Below are positions 16,736-30,056 of a stretch of DNA of 64,000 nt, piece by piece (positions within the stretch are counted from its first letter, which is position 1; the number at the start of each line of letters is the position of its first letter). Source of the stretch: Eledone cirrhosa. Taxonomy: Eukaryota. The notes below the pieces were generated by a model. The model did not search any database. It was not told the DNA's origin and was given only the letters and a program-made list of their open reading frames with translations. The stretch spans positions 148,986,001 through 149,050,000 of the forward strand of contig OZ024741.1 in NCBI GenBank assembly GCA_964016885.1. Direction: 5' to 3'. The position numbers were made by a program, and so were the translations under genes.

Positions 16736-19700
16736 AGTTATAAGGCTTTATTCCAATCTTCATTGACAATACAAAATTATGGACACTTGCAATTTGTGTT
16801 GTAAGATTCACACATAACTAAGTAGTCTGCACCAATTAATGTGGTGGCAGCTGATTGGTTGATTTAAACGAATTTCATAACATTTTCCCCTCATTCCAAG
16901 AAAGTTGTACATATAGTATGTCAATCACAAATCGAGTCTTTTAGGATGCTTAATAATTCAACCAGAACGAGTGCGAATTTCACTGTTGAATGATGTGCCT
17001 TGAATTGATTTAAATTTGTTTCTGGATTAACTTCTTCCTCTGACATTTGCGGATCGGCATCGTCTGGCAGTTTGGTAGTAAGAGATGTGTCATTTTCTGA
17101 AATAACATCTTCAGAGACCTTGGGGTTATTGACGGAGTGATCTTCATGTTGCTGGTAGCCAAACCTGTCTATATTATTCTCTTCTATTATTTGCATTTGA
17201 CAATCTGTTGTTACAGGAGTGAAATCTCTAGTCGATATGGTTTCCACTGTTCCCCTGCTGGTTTTTACCTGCACCACATATGGTGAAAGAGTTTCCAATA
17301 GGGTTACTCTTTCTGTCAGAGGATCCATTTTATTTCATACATGAATTCTTTTATGGACTTTCGTGTTCTTTTGGAGCAGATATTCAGGTAACATCTGTCC
17401 TAAAGAGGACTGTCTGGGAAAGCTAAAAGTTCATTCATGAGGTGTTTGATTCATTGACGTGCAGAGAAGTCCTCATATACAAGATAAAGCCAGAGGTAGT
17501 ACGTTTTTCCAGTGGTATTTATCTAACTGCTTACTTCTGAGTGTAAGATTTAATGTTTTTAGGAGCATGCCATTAATTCTTTCGCACTGGCCATTTCCTT
17601 TTGCAGTTGATAAGGTGTTGTGTAAGTCTTAATATCATTCAACAGAAGAAATCATTTGAGAGATTTGCTTTCAAACTGTTCTCCTGCCTGAATGTATAGC
17701 TGAGGGAACCTCAAACAGACAAAACAAGTCTTTTAGTTTTTTAATGAGTCTCTGAGGACATATCAAAACATGGATATACAAACGGGTCTCTAGAAAATTC
17801 TTCCACTATAACTAATATATATTTCTCATTCGTGTAAGATGGCCGACAAAATTCATTGATAACCTTTCTCATGGATGCGTTGCAGTGATCATCTTAGAAG
17901 ATACTGAATTATGGAAATGAGGTATCAGTTCTCGGCAGACTTGACACTAGGAAATGGTCTCCTTAATTTCTCGTATTGAGAAAGGTAAATCTTTAGATTG
18001 ACAAAAATTAGTCATTTTGGTTACACCTGGATAGCACAGTCTTTCATGCCGAGCTAGCAATGTGTTCTGTGAGTTAAGAGAAATTTCAGCACATCTTGAG
18101 AGAGTGTCAGCAGCTTTATTTTCAGACCCAGGTCTGTATGATATGATGAAGCGATATCCTGACAGTTCTAGTTTCTATCTGGCAATTTTATCGTTTTTTA
18201 TTTTTGTTTGAGGAGTACTGTCAAAATTGTAGGCCATTGATCTCTGATCAGTTATGATTGTGAAAAATGGCACCATGTTTAGTATGGGCTTCCATTTCTT
18301 ACAACAGTCAACAATAGCCTGTGCCTAACATTCCACGGTTGACTGCCTTTGTTCTGAATTAGACAGCGTCTTAGACATAAAGGCAACAGATCTGCCTTGA
18401 TGCAAGGTACCTCCTATTGCCACCCCAGATTCATTAGTTTCAAGCACATGTGGTGTGTCCATACGATGCATGGCCAGTGATGCAGACTTGAGTCATTGTT
18501 TAATGAGTTAGATGGTGTTTACGCATTTTGTAGATAGAATGAGACAATCTGATTTCACACTGTTATTTCTAGCTTGAATTAAATGGCTGATCAAATTAGT
18601 GCAGCCCTTCATCCATTTGGCGTAGTAAGCAACCAATCCGAGGAAGCTGTGAAGTTGAGGAATCTTATTTGGAGTTGGATAATCCAAAAGACTTTTAAAC
18701 CATTCAGGGTCTGGTCTAATGTTACCATTTTCTATTTTGTGACCCAAGAAATTTAGTTTCGTCAGTCTGTATTCCCATTTGGAGTCGTTCACAGTAATTT
18801 TTGCTAACTTTGCCACCTTTATAAACTTAAATAGATTGCGGTCATGTTCTGGGAAATCTTTTCTGCAAATAATTATCTCGTCAAGATATGCGAAGGTTTT
18901 GGTCAATGCATTAGAGCCAATAAAATTATCGATTGTATGTTGAAAAATAGGGACTGCATTGGTATATCCGAAAGATAACCTACAAAAATTATATAAACGT
19001 CCACAGGCTTCAAACGCTGTAAGTGGCATATCTCTTTCCTTCAGTTCGATTTGATGATATTCTGACTTCAAATCAATCTTGCTAAAGACTTTATTACATC
19101 CCAATTGTTGAAGGATATAATCGATATTTACAGGAGGATATGAATCTAGTGGTGTATAAAGATTTGTGGTTTTAGAGTAGTCAACTACCAATCTTCTTTT
19201 TTTTTTAAATTCCTTTCCTTGTACAACGAAACACTGAGCATGCAAGGACTATCAGTTATGATTCAATCGTTAAATAGGGGATGTATTTCTTTAGCTATAA
19301 ATGGGTCAGTCGTTATGCATCGAGAAGGCGTAGCAGTTTATTAATGTCTACTTCCGGAATGAGGTCGTATTTCTTGCCGGCCATCGCAGAGAGAGCAAGA
19401 CAGTAGGTTACTGGTGACATTAAATAGGCGATGTATTTCTTTAGTTATAAATGGGTCAGTCGTTATGTATCGAGAAGGCGTAGCAGTTTATTAATGTCTA
19501 CTCCCGGAATGAGGTCGTATTTCTTGCCGGTCATCGCAGAGAGAACAAGACAGTAGGTTACTGGTGACTTTGATCCCGCCTCTCCCACCAGTTGAAAAGA
19601 TACCAGTGAGTGAGAACGGGGAATATCCACGCCTATTATCAAAGGCACCATGAGAGATTTAATCACATATAAATTTGCTAAATATAGTAGAGTTGCAGGT

Positions 19701-19760
19701 AATTTGACAATGTGTTTTACCTGGTTAGAATATTTCTTCGTCACTGGTGTCCGCGTTTAT
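16736..19760 (-). mobile_element. Decayed Gypsy/Ty3 LTR retrotransposon (PR-RT-RNaseH-IN, PPT and short 3' LTR)
   Basis: RT motifs RLVVDY, FSKIDLKSEYHQI, FGYTNAVPIFQ, AYLDEII and FLGHKI at 18508-19245, with RH and IN remnants downstream. A purine tract ggaatgaggggaaaa precedes TGTTAT at 16882. Confidence 0.88.
19270..19568. repeat. Tandem direct duplication of ~150 bp inside the Gypsy pol
   Basis: 19270-19418 matches 19420-19568 with a few substitutions. Confidence 0.9.
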
Positions 19761-19989
19761 TTCACATATGCATGAACAAGAAAATGAAGTAGTAAGAGTT
19801 ATCCAGCTTGGAATTAAAAAATTTGAACTGAAATGTTTAACAAAACGAAATGAGGTTGCTACAAGAGTATAATAAAAGGTTTTGAGAGTCAACCAAAATA
19901 TCAATCACTTCAAAATCATTCGATTAATTCAGATAAATATACAATCAGTCCACAATTAACGGTAAAATAAGTGTATTGGAGTAACGTTA

Positions 19990-20320
19990 CTCGATAGAGT
20001 GCGTAGCTCGGAGATCAGATAGTCAGGTAAAGCCGCTACTTCTCCGAATTGAGAGATCACAGCTCCGATACTATGGGTATGTGGCTAGAATGTGTCAAGA
20101 AAGAATCGCTGGACAGATTTTATGAGTAAAACCAACCGGCACGAGACCCAGGGGTAGAGCCCGAGCAAAATGGTTGGATAACATCCATGGACTTGGCTTG
20201 TCTTGTTTGGGGTCCTAGTCGGATCAGTTGGAGACGGTTGCTTCTGACAGGACCCGCCGAAGGAGTGTTTGAGGATTCTGCCCCTTCGGCACTCTCAAGA
20301 ATAAGTGGGTGAAGAAGATG
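19990..20320 (+). mobile_element. 3' end of an RTE-clade LINE, same family as 14455-16240
   Basis: DRVRSSEIR...PLLLRIERSQLRYYGYVARM. The terminal part matches 16140-16240. Confidence 0.75.
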
Positions 20321-20977
20321 TAATAAACAATGATTATACATCTATTTATCTACATAATCTCATCAGAAAAACAACTGATCAAACTTGAAATTCAGTTTAT
20401 ATTGACAAAAACAACAACAGTAGAATAACCAGTAGATGAATATTAACTTGTACTGGGGTAAGCTGTATCAATAAATTACGAAAGTATAAATTTACCATTT
20501 AAATATGGTGTTAATACAGAACATATTTAAAAATACCGGGTCTTACCAAAACCAAAACAAAAAGGGAGATAACTCATGATACTGACACGATAAAGACGGT
20601 AATAAAGAATTCCTTATGGAGAAACACAGACACGAAGGCACAAATGCAGACCTGTCAACACTCCTCGCTGGACGGGGATCTCCCACCCACTTTGCGGTAG
20701 GTGGGAGATGTCTTCTCTTGTAAAAATGGACATAGCTTTTATTATGTAAAATCTCCTCTTTTTGCCTCATTTCTCCCCATTTGGGGGCTTTTTTTTCATG
20801 GTACTCTCTGTTTGGGTTTTTAGGGGTTGGCAGGTCTGCAAACCAACAGATCTTTGCACGCATATATTAGCGCATCTGCAACATCTCAGGTGTAAGGATC
20901 GTCACACGCAAAAGTAATGTAGGCGAAGAATTCAAATCCCATATATTTCCCCAAATTTTATAAATGTATATAAGTAA

Positions 20978-21420
20978 CTAGCTGAGGTACCTGGCTTCGC
21001 CCGGGAGAATATTTAAGAGAAGATGGATAAAAGAGAAAACGACTGTATTGGATGTGTTGTCTGGTATGAGTTGCGACCATAATGTGCGTGGGTGTGAGAG
21101 AGGCATAAACAAAACAATCATAAAACTTCCTTATTAGACTGAGGGAGTAAATTGCCGATTAAATGGTAGCATTGGCCTTTGACTTTAAATGTGAAATAAC
21201 CATAGTCAGTATGATCTTTTTCAGCTCCAAAGGACGTTATCTGAAACACAACAATATACCGCATAACATTGCTTCTGAAGTATTTAGCTTCGTTAGTACG
21301 GTCTGTAAGTAGTATATAGATAAAAGCTGGAGGGTAGATTAATTTCAAATAGTATCAATTTCTTTTTGTTCTGTAAAACCGAAGATTGTAAAACGACTTT
21401 ATAAACGCTAACACAATGTT
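20978..21420 (-). mobile_element. Internally deleted Helitron (Rep N-terminal fragment, 3' hairpin and CTAG)
   Basis: FQITSFGA...FTFKVKGQCYHLIGNLLP matches the Helitron-like N domain motif. The minus strand ends cccgggcgaagccagg...CTAG|T. Confidence 0.8.
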
Positions 21421-21912
21421 GTTAAACCTTCCTATAGATTAAAGGATCTATAGTTCAAGCCATTTCTAGACTTTCGTGGGACGTTACTCTCTCTCTCTCT
21501 CTCTGAATATCTAACACTTTAATTGTATCTCTCTCTGTATCTCTCTCCCTCTCTTTAGATGTGTGTGTATGTATTTGTGTGTGTGGGATTCAACCAACCA
21601 ATAAACATCTCTCTTTTATATATATATATAGATTACCCATTCATTACTATATAAAATTATATGTAAAACTCAATACATATATATACATATACTCTCCCAC
21701 TATTGTAAGTGTATACATTTACATACATGCAAATATTCACTCTTAAAGATAGAATTAAGTATTTATAGAAGTTTATAGGCTACATATTAAAGAGGAGAAG
21801 AGGAAGAAGCTGGGGGGGGGGGATTAGATCAAGAAAAACTACTTTTAAACAATAGAAGGATAAAAAAATAAAAAGTATATATAACTGCAAATTATGTAGG
21901 GACATAATTAAT

Positions 21913-22097
21913 TGTTTCTACTTTAGGCACAAGGCCAGCAATTACCCGGTGCATTACTGGTACTTTATTTTATCGACCCCGTAAGGATGAAAGGCAAAGT
22001 TAACCTCGGCGGGATTTGAACTCAGATCGTAAAGGGACGTAACTATGCTGGAAAGCATTCCGTCCGACCCTCTACCGATACTGCCAATCCACCGCCC
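21913..22097 (-). mobile_element. Full-length tRNA-derived SINE with TSD
   Basis: B box gagttcaaatcc. TSD atgtagggacataattaat at 21894-21912 and 22098-22116. Same family at 24518, 44510, 56301 and 63500. Confidence 0.9.
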
Positions 22098-23093
22098 ATG
22101 TAGGGACATAATTAATGACTCAGGATGAGACATTCACTCTAAGGATACTTGTACCCTGATAAAAGACTATATGATTTAATGTTATTTAATAAATACTGAA
22201 GATTATTAACTTTTTTGAAAACTAAAAGAACGATTATTTTTAAATATATAAAAATGCCTTCATATATGTTTAACAGAATGCTGGGTTGATGTATATATAT
22301 ATTGTAAAGGAGCATTTCGTACTTAAATACTCCTGCATTGAAAGTCACCTGTTTTAACAGGATGGTTTTAAGAGTAGATGTATCACCACGAAGAATTGAG
22401 GTTAGGCTGTAAGTCTCAGGTTCTGTTGCTGCTGTGATAATACCTCTGGAAGGAATCCTTCCATATCACATTTAAAGGCATTGCTGTGGTAACAGTTTGG
22501 TAGTAAGATGTTAGGAATATCGACAACGACTGTTGGTTGGTTTTACATTATTTATTAATAAGGTTGAGCTGAATAGCTGAGTAGCTGGCATGCCAAGAGA
22601 GATAAAACAAACGAATTAAGAATTCAGGAGGCACGGTCTACTGGCTGAAGTGTTGCCAGGCCGTGGTTAAGTTGTTGTGTTACATGTTGGCTAGTGATTT
22701 CACGACAAAAGAAAGTTAGGTGTTTACCTTTTCAAAGTCAGCGTGCAAGAAAGCGATTTCTCAAATCCACGCGGGAATTTTTCCCTCATGGTGCGTAGGG
22801 ATACATTCTCTTCTACTGGCGCTGATTGGCTGAGCTAAGCCAAATCACGCACAGAGAATGTATGTGAGTCCGCGGAATGTAGGTCACTACATAAGTTTTT
22901 AAAAATCTTAAGAATGGGGACATATATAAAAACATGTACACACACATTTATATCTATGCATATTCATGTGTATATATATATGCATATATTCACACACCAA
23001 AAAAAATTATTAACATTAATCTCATCAATATGAAAAAATAAAAACCATACATAAACACATATACTTATTTATGCATGTATACTACCACTCATA

Positions 23094-23783
23094 TCTGTAT
23101 ATATATATAAAGACGAAGTTTTCTGTATGTGTGTGTGGACAATTTTTAATGAGGGCTCATATATTCTAAACCATTCATGCGATTTATTTGAAATTTTTTA
23201 CAGAGCTTCTCCTTGCACAAAACCTGTACATGATCTACAAAGGCTTTCAAAAATAGATATTGGGGCTTTGGAGACATTAAAAAAGTTTCGGTTATTTGTG
23301 TGAATTTTCGTGATTAAGTAAGACAAGAGTTATCTTTCATAATTCGGCTCATTCGGATTTTAATTTACTCTTTGTACTTGAAACAAAAGGTACGCTTCCT
23401 TGAGACTAACAATATCATTTTGTATATTTCACAACCAGCAATTTCTAACAGACTACTAAGTTAAGTTATAGATTTGACATTGTATAATTTATCGTTTCAA
23501 GCTTGATGTTCATACATTAAGTGATGTCATAACTTTTACAATATTATGCTTTATACATAATAGTGACTATTATTCACTTCACTTCTCTATTTCATGATGC
23601 GCTTTTACTGTTGTCAAAAAACACACCGAGCTCACATATTAATTGTTTCGCTGGAATAGTGCCTAAGGTTTTCATGTTTACATAAAGTACGTTTTTCTTC
23701 TATGTATTCAAATTTACTTTGTTTAGTTTAATGAGCTACATCGAAAGCTACTTGAACCGTCCAAAGACGGGTAGTTTAGCTAG
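23094..23783 (+). mobile_element. Non-autonomous Helitron
   Basis: A|TC start, subterminal hairpin ccgtc-caaa-gacgg, and CTAG|T end. Confidence 0.72.
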
Positions 23784-24158
23784 TACATATATAAAAATAA
23801 GTACTGAAAGTATACACCCTTTTACACTAATTAAACAAAAGAGGAAAACTGTTTATATTGGAAAAGGACAAAAACCAGAAGAATGCATATAAATATAACT
23901 CTAAACCAGGGTATTCCAACCTAGGCGATTTCGCCTAATGGTGGGCGATTTCAACTGTTGGTTAGACAATTGGAAATTTTGGTGGATGATATAGGTTTTT
24001 GAGTATTGAGAAGGTATTTTAACATATGGTACCTGAAAAAAAAAATATTCAGAGAAGATATGCAAAAAACCTGTATAAAAATAACAGGAGGATAAATGGG
24101 AATAATGAACCAGTAACAAACTTTTACCTAACATTTTTGGTATACTTTTGAATATTTA

Positions 24159-24950
24159 CTATACAGGTAGACAGTGGAAAGATTTTCCGTTATGTAGGGT
24201 CAAAGTTTTATAGTAAAATAAGTGGGAATTTTTATGCAGACAGGTGGAAAATATTTCATATTTCCTATTTAGGATTGGAAATTTAGAGTTAATAATATGA
24301 AGGGTCTCAGTAAGGTACAAATTACATCTGAAATTCTCCAGCTTATAAGATGAAGCTCTATCTAAGATTGTGTAGTCAAGAGAATAACTGATGTTTGAAT
24401 TTTTCATTCTCAAAAGGATGTAAATGGGAGTAATGACGGGACTTGAATTTATTGGATGTTGCGAATATAGAATATTTTGCTGTAAGTTGTTGAAACAACC
24501 CATTGGTAAACAATAATTGTTTCTACTTTTGGCACAAGACCAGCAATTATCCAGTACATTACTGGTACTTTATTTTATCGACCCTGTAAGGATGAAAGGA
24601 AAAGTTAACTTCGGCGGGATTTGAACTCAGAATGGCAAGGGTCGTAACTCAATGCGTCAAAGCATGGCGTCCGACCCCCTACCGATACTGCCAATCCACC
24701 GCCCTAACATTGGTAAACAATAATATTCTTAAGACAGTTACCCTTAAGTGGACATACATTAGAGTTTCTACAGTTACAATTACTTTTATTAGTAGGATTA
24801 TTATGAGGATTTGGAGTTTTATTTTAGTTATTTAATGAAGTCATAATGTTTAATAAGTTTATCTCTTACTAGAAGTATTAAATCTATTTAATTTATTTCT
24901 ATTATCTGATGTTTTAATTAACTTACTGATTTTCATATTATTGCTGGAAG
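24159..24950 (-). mobile_element. Decayed PLE GIY-YIG 3' fragment, interrupted by a SINE
   Basis: YTILDRASSYK...CNLYLTETLHII...LNRKYEIFSTCLHK resembles the C-terminus of 2153-3100. Confidence 0.75.
24518..24705 (-). mobile_element. tRNA-SINE with 17-bp TSD
   Basis: TSD cattggtaaacaataat at 24501-24517 and 24708-24724. Confidence 0.9.
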
Positions 24951-24964
24951 CTATGTAGTCAGCT

Positions 24965-25400
24965 AGATTTGGGGTGGTCCCTCCTCCTTCTCCCCCTGTT
25001 GACGTCAAGTCCCCCCAATGCACTTGGGATGCCATCCAGTGCAGCCTGGCCTCAGACAGGCTCACGCGCCAGCTCAACCAGCACCGCCTTGCTTGTTTTT
25101 GTGCGGCCTCCAAACCCCACAGTGGTGCCTGGCTCCATGCCCTGCCCCCCTTCTCCACTGGCACGCAGCTAGACAACCATAGCCTGTGAATCAGCGTTTC
25201 CCTGAGGCTCAGCCTCTGGATCTGCATGCCACACTAATGTTGCTGCGGTTCCACCGGTGACTCTTTCGGCCTCCACTCGCTTTCCTGTCGCCACAGTGCT
25301 GGCCGCATTCCTTGCCATGCTGCCCTCAACGAGGTCATTAAGCATGGCTTGGACGCTGCAGGCTTCCCTTCCCAGCTCAAGCCGGTGGGGATGTTTGTGG
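24965..25400 (+). mobile_element. Fragment of a CRE-like (restriction-like endonuclease) non-LTR retrotransposon
   Basis: AASKPHSGAWLHALP...LDNHSL*ISVSLRL...CCCG...FGLHSLSCRHSAGRIPCHAALNEVIK is the zinc-knuckle/RLE-upstream motif typical of the CRE clade. Confidence 0.68.
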
Positions 25401-25429
25401 CCTTGAGAAAAGTATTTTTATAATATATA

Positions 25430-26340
25430 CCAGGTTCTGCTTCCAGGCTTGAAATTTTGCCTCTAACTCTCCTACAGATTCAGCTATGAGGATTAGATCA
25501 TCAGCATATAGGAGTTCCCATGGAGTGCCAGTTTTAAACTCCTCAGTGATAGCCTGAAGGACAATGATAAACAGAAGTGGACTGAGGACTGATCCCTGGT
25601 GGATACCCACCTGCACTAGTTTATGGAGCATGTAACCCTGTGAAAGATCTTCTTCATATCTACAAATGTTAGATACAGTGGTTTACTCTCAGCTAAGTAC
25701 CTCTCCTGTAGTTGTTCTTGTTCCATAACTGTAGCCTCCATGTATACCAAGGAATCCATCATGATGTTTCCCAACATGTCCATTGAAGTCACCAACTGCA
25801 ATCATAAGACCACTGTCATCTGTCATTAAGATAGTCTGTAGGAGGGCCTCAGAAAGTGTCCTTTTGTTCCTCGGCAAGTCCAACTTGTGAGACTTATGCA
25901 CATAGTATAGTGGCTGTAATATTGCCCAAGGTTAGTCTAAATTTGATTATTCTATCACTCATTCTGACTACCTCAATTACCTGGTCTACCCACCCAGAAG
26001 AATTTGTACCACTGTTCTTTGCTTGTGATGAATTTGGCTGAAGCGCCCTCCACCTCACTTCTTGAACACAGCACACATCTACTTCTTTCTTCTCTAACAC
26101 CGCCACAATCTCACTGCACTTACCTCTCATTGTTCCAATATTTAATGTGGCAAATCTATACTTAATGGGAGGGGGCTGCATGGCTATCTTTCTCTTTTCC
26201 TGGGTTTCACGGGTTGGAGGGCCACACAACTGTTTGGTGATACTTGGGGGATTTACATACATGTTAGGTTCTTTTGTGTTTTGTATTGTATTGTTTGTCA
26301 CTCAGAAGTTTGTAGTCATCACCAGTAACAGCATCAGTAG
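25430..26340 (-). mobile_element. Internally deleted RTE LINE
   Basis: TLNIGTMRGK..VDVCCVQEVRW, VGDFNGHVG, HQGSVLSPLLF and ELLYADDL. Confidence 0.85.
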
Positions 26341-26659
26341 TATCCACAACCCTTTACTAAATCTATTGTGCCCTACTGATGTTTCTATGCTATAGTGGAA
26401 AAGTGGGGGCATGTCACAAGGCTGATAATCCCCCACCCTCTACGTCAGCATCACAAGGTGTCCAGGATTCTCTAAATGGTAAATATCCACTTAAACTATG
26501 CTAAGCAGAGAGGAGAAGCATATACAGGTTTTACGTATAATAACAATAATACTTCCACAGTATGAAGTTCACTTTTTACAAGTGTCTAGGCACTAATAGC
26601 ACTCTTTATTAATATCATTCAAGTTATTAATACTATTTTTTTAAAAATAATTTTTGTGC

Positions 26660-26935
26660 AATTCCTTCCACGCTAACATGGGTTAGACTGGTTGTCCTGT
26701 TGTGGGCAGTGTCCAGTCAGCTGACCTTGTCTTGCTTATACGGGAACTGATTCTGGCTTGATTTCTACAGCTGGATGCCCTTCCTAACACCAACCTCATT
26801 TACAGTGAGTGCTGGGTGCTTTTTTCCCGTGGCGCCTACACGTCCACTTTACAGTGTGGGCTGGGTGCTTTTTTGCCGTGGCACCTCCATGACCACTTTG
26901 TAGTGTGAAGGGGTGGGGGCATATTGTCTATATGC

Positions 26936-26940
<5 letters not shown>
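26660..26940 (-). mobile_element. RTE 3' UTR fragment
   Basis: Nearly identical to 48880-49155. Confidence 0.85.
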
Positions 26941-26971
<31 letters not shown>

Positions 26972-27609
26972 TGTGTGTGTGTGTATATATATATAAGGGC
27001 AGTATTCAGGATCTTCACAGGCCTTCCTTGAATAGGGAGATTGATGCTGTTGATGTTCTCTTTAAACTTGCTTTGAGAAGGTGTGTGTGTGTATATATAC
27101 ATGTCTATAGACACACAAAATTGCATATAATAACATTTACATTTACCTTATGTATTGATCTGTTTGTTAATGTTGTTATTGCCGATAATTACTATCCTAT
27201 TTAAGGATATTGTGGCCCTTCAATGTTTGATTGGGAGGTTATATATGTATATGCACATATGTGTGTTTGTGTGTGGCTGTCCACTCTAGTTACATGCAGG
27301 GGATTTCTTTGCAACTATAGCAAGTTAACATAACAACACGATAGTTACATAAGATCTTCTCTGCAATACATCACTTATTAGAACTTACATCACCTTGCTA
27401 TCTAAGGTGGACTGAATTTGTGACTGCTAAGTGCTTTGACATGTACATATTGTAGTGTGCTTAGTGACAGATTTAATCTACTCAGAAATATTCAATTTTT
27501 TGTGAAGTATTTTCCTTTGTTATAAACCACTGCCTGTTGACACTGGCAGCTGCTTCACTTTAGAAATTTGATTGTAACTGATTTAAAAATTGTTTTTTTA
27601 AGAGTCATT

Positions 27610-27647
27610 TACTGATGTTAACTCCAAACTATGTTTTTATTTTCTAG
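27610..27647 (+). promoter_or_regulatory. Putative splice acceptor upstream of the GPCR coding exon
   Basis: Branch-like actgat, pyrimidine tract tgtttttattttctAG, 49 nt before the ATG. Confidence 0.55.
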
Positions 27648-27696
27648 GTAACTGGCACTGCTGCCTTTTGAAACCTTATCCCCACATACAGCAAAC

Positions 27697-28854
27697 ATGG
27701 ATTTAAACAACAACTTGACTGATAAGCAATTGCTGTTAGAAATCAGCAAAAAACAAATTTATATTTATCTACCTGCCATTATTTACCTGAGCATTGCCAT
27801 GATAATGGGTGTTATTGGGAATGTATTTGTCAGCTACATTTACTATTACAAACTCAGACCTACACCAGCTAATTTATTTGTAGTCATATTAAGTGTCTGT
27901 GACTTTCTTGCCAGTTTGGTATGTATACCTATGGATATTTCTATCCTTGCACATCCATATGTGTTTGAAAATGATATTGCATGTCGGATAATCCGATTCT
28001 TTGTCATGGATTTATCCGTCACTTCTGGAGTCATTGTCTTTGCCATTTCCATAGATCGTTTCAAGAAAGTGTGTTTGCCCTTGAAAAAACAATTTAATCG
28101 ACGTAATGTTGGTGTTATTTCAGCTATTGTTATCATCTTTGCAACTGTTCTATCATTGCCAGGCCTCTATGTCTATGGAACTACACATACAGCAATACCA
28201 AACACACATCTGAACGGCTCGATTTGCTCGATTTCAGAAAAAGCTGACGACTATGTAGCCAATGGTTTCATAGTCCTTCTCATGTCAGTATGTTTGCTTC
28301 TTTTACTATCATTCAGTACAATTTATTGCTTGATTGCATTGAAACTGTGTCGCTACAGAAAGCAAAGGACAACACTATGTGATTCCATGAAGGTGAAATC
28401 TGTCAGTCATGATGATAATTCAAAAGAGATGACTGACAGTAATGACTACATCAAAGAGAGTCGCCGTATTGACAGGATACAGAAGTCAAAAGCCAAAGGC
28501 CTCCAAAATGAAAAGGAAACATTTCGAGTTCGTGCAAACACACAGACCAAGAAAGAACCAACTTCTTTCATGAATATGACACGGACAACTTTAATTATGT
28601 TCTTTGTAACTCTTACTTGGGTGTTAAGTTACATCCCTCACCTAGCATCAATGTTTATTCTATCCAAAACAGCCGACTTGAAACACACACTCAGTCCAAC
28701 TGAAAGTGCTTTGTTTGAGATAGCATTGCGCTCTTTCTACTTGAACAATATGATAAATCCATTCATTTATGGTATATTTAATTTTCGCTTCCGTAATGAA
28801 GTTATAACATTATTGAACAAGACTATTTGTTGTCAAAGATGCAAATCATCTTGA
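27697..28854 (+). CDS. Class A (rhodopsin-like) G protein-coupled receptor, uninterrupted CDS, 385 aa
   Basis: Seven hydrophobic segments. TM1 GN, TM2 LSVCD, TM3 Cys and DRF, ECL2 Cys, long ICL3, TM6 SYIP, TM7 NPFIY, and C-terminal Cys. Confidence 0.95.
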   Translation: MDLNNNLTDKQLLLEISKKQIYIYLPAIIYLSIAMIMGVIGNVFVSYIYYYKLRPTPANLFVVILSVCDFLASLVCIPMDISILAHPYVFENDIACRIIRFFVMDLSVTSGVIVFAISIDRFKKVCLPLKKQFNRRNVGVISAIVIIFATVLSLPGLYVYGTTHTAIPNTHLNGSICSISEKADDYVANGFIVLLMSVCLLLLLSFSTIYCLIALKLCRYRKQRTTLCDSMKVKSVSHDDNSKEMTDSNDYIKESRRIDRIQKSKAKGLQNEKETFRVRANTQTKKEPTSFMNMTRTTLIMFFVTLTWVLSYIPHLASMFILSKTADLKHTLSPTESALFEIALRSFYLNNMINPFIYGIFNFRFRNEVITLLNKTICCQRCKSS

Positions 28855-29299
28855 GGAAACCATTTTGTCTTTTTTTTTCTCTTTCTCCCTTTTGTATCAT
28901 CATTGAATAATGGAATACTTTTTTCGAATCTGGATATACACATCCAGATATGCACCATGCTTGAACCTTTTCCACAATGTCAACTTCTGTAATGCCCTAC
29001 CCCTGCAGAAGTTGTTTGATTTTGAAACTGATCATCAACCACATCAATATTTTCAGTCTCTTGGTATAGAGTATCAATGGCCATAGATGTGAGATGAAAC
29101 ACTATGATACTTAACTATATTACAAAATAAAAGATTGAGTATAATGTTGTATGTGTATTTTAACAATTTTATTAGCACAAGGTGGTAATAAAATGAGAAA
29201 AGTTTAAATAGTTGTCTCTAAGGTCTAGTGACAAGTCATAGACATAGTACCATTCTGTTTGTGGTTGAATCTTCATCAGAATCTATATTAGGAGATACA

Positions 29300-30040
29300 T
29301 AAACTTCTTTTCCTTATTTTATCTATTTGCCATCCTTCATATATGTTTAAAAGCCAAAATCCTAAAATTTCCGAAAAAAAAAAAAATTAAGAAAAGATTT
29401 GACAACTCAATTGTCTTCAATATATATATTATATAATTTTGCCTTTCATCCTTTTGATATTTAAAAAAATATAACCTAGTGATAACAATAGAAAACAATA
29501 CAAAGGTTGCTAAATTCTTAGATGTTACACTGAATTTAAACACTATCAACCCTATCATAAACCCAGTGAATTCCTATATTAGGTTCATAAAAATTTAAAT
29601 CCTCCTAAATCTATTATTAATGAACCCTTAATAATATATCAATTAGGATTGGCCAATAAAGTTATTTTAACCAAAAATGCTATATGTTATAATGAAGCGC
29701 TTGCTAGATCAGGCTATAACGATAAAATATGGTTCAACCCTATGTCTAAATTAGCTAATAATAAGATTTTTTACACATAAATGTATTTCTAAACCTAATT
29801 ATAATAATGTGAATAAAAATATGGAACTTAATACCAATAAAAGTAATAAAACTATAAAACATAGCAGAAATAGTCATATTAATCGAAAAAATAATTTATT
29901 AAATTTATAAGCCTTTACTCCTATAATGTATATGCAAGTCAAAATGTAAGTATTAAATATACTAGTCAAACTAACCACTAGGTAATTAATGCAGTTACTT
30001 TTTTTTTTATTTTACATACCTAGCCTTTTCTAATTGTTAA
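29300..30040 (+). mobile_element. Highly decayed PLE RT/thumb fragment
   Basis: KVAKFLDVTLNLNT, YHKP and YNEALARSGYNDKI resemble 2100-2370. Confidence 0.65.
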
Positions 30041-30056
30041 CGCTTTTCCTAAAATA

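Noticed and set aside
29200-29285. Minus-strand hammerhead upstream of a PLE relic
   Set aside because: CTGATGA is present, but the second box reads GAGA and the stems are poor. At best it is a dead relic.
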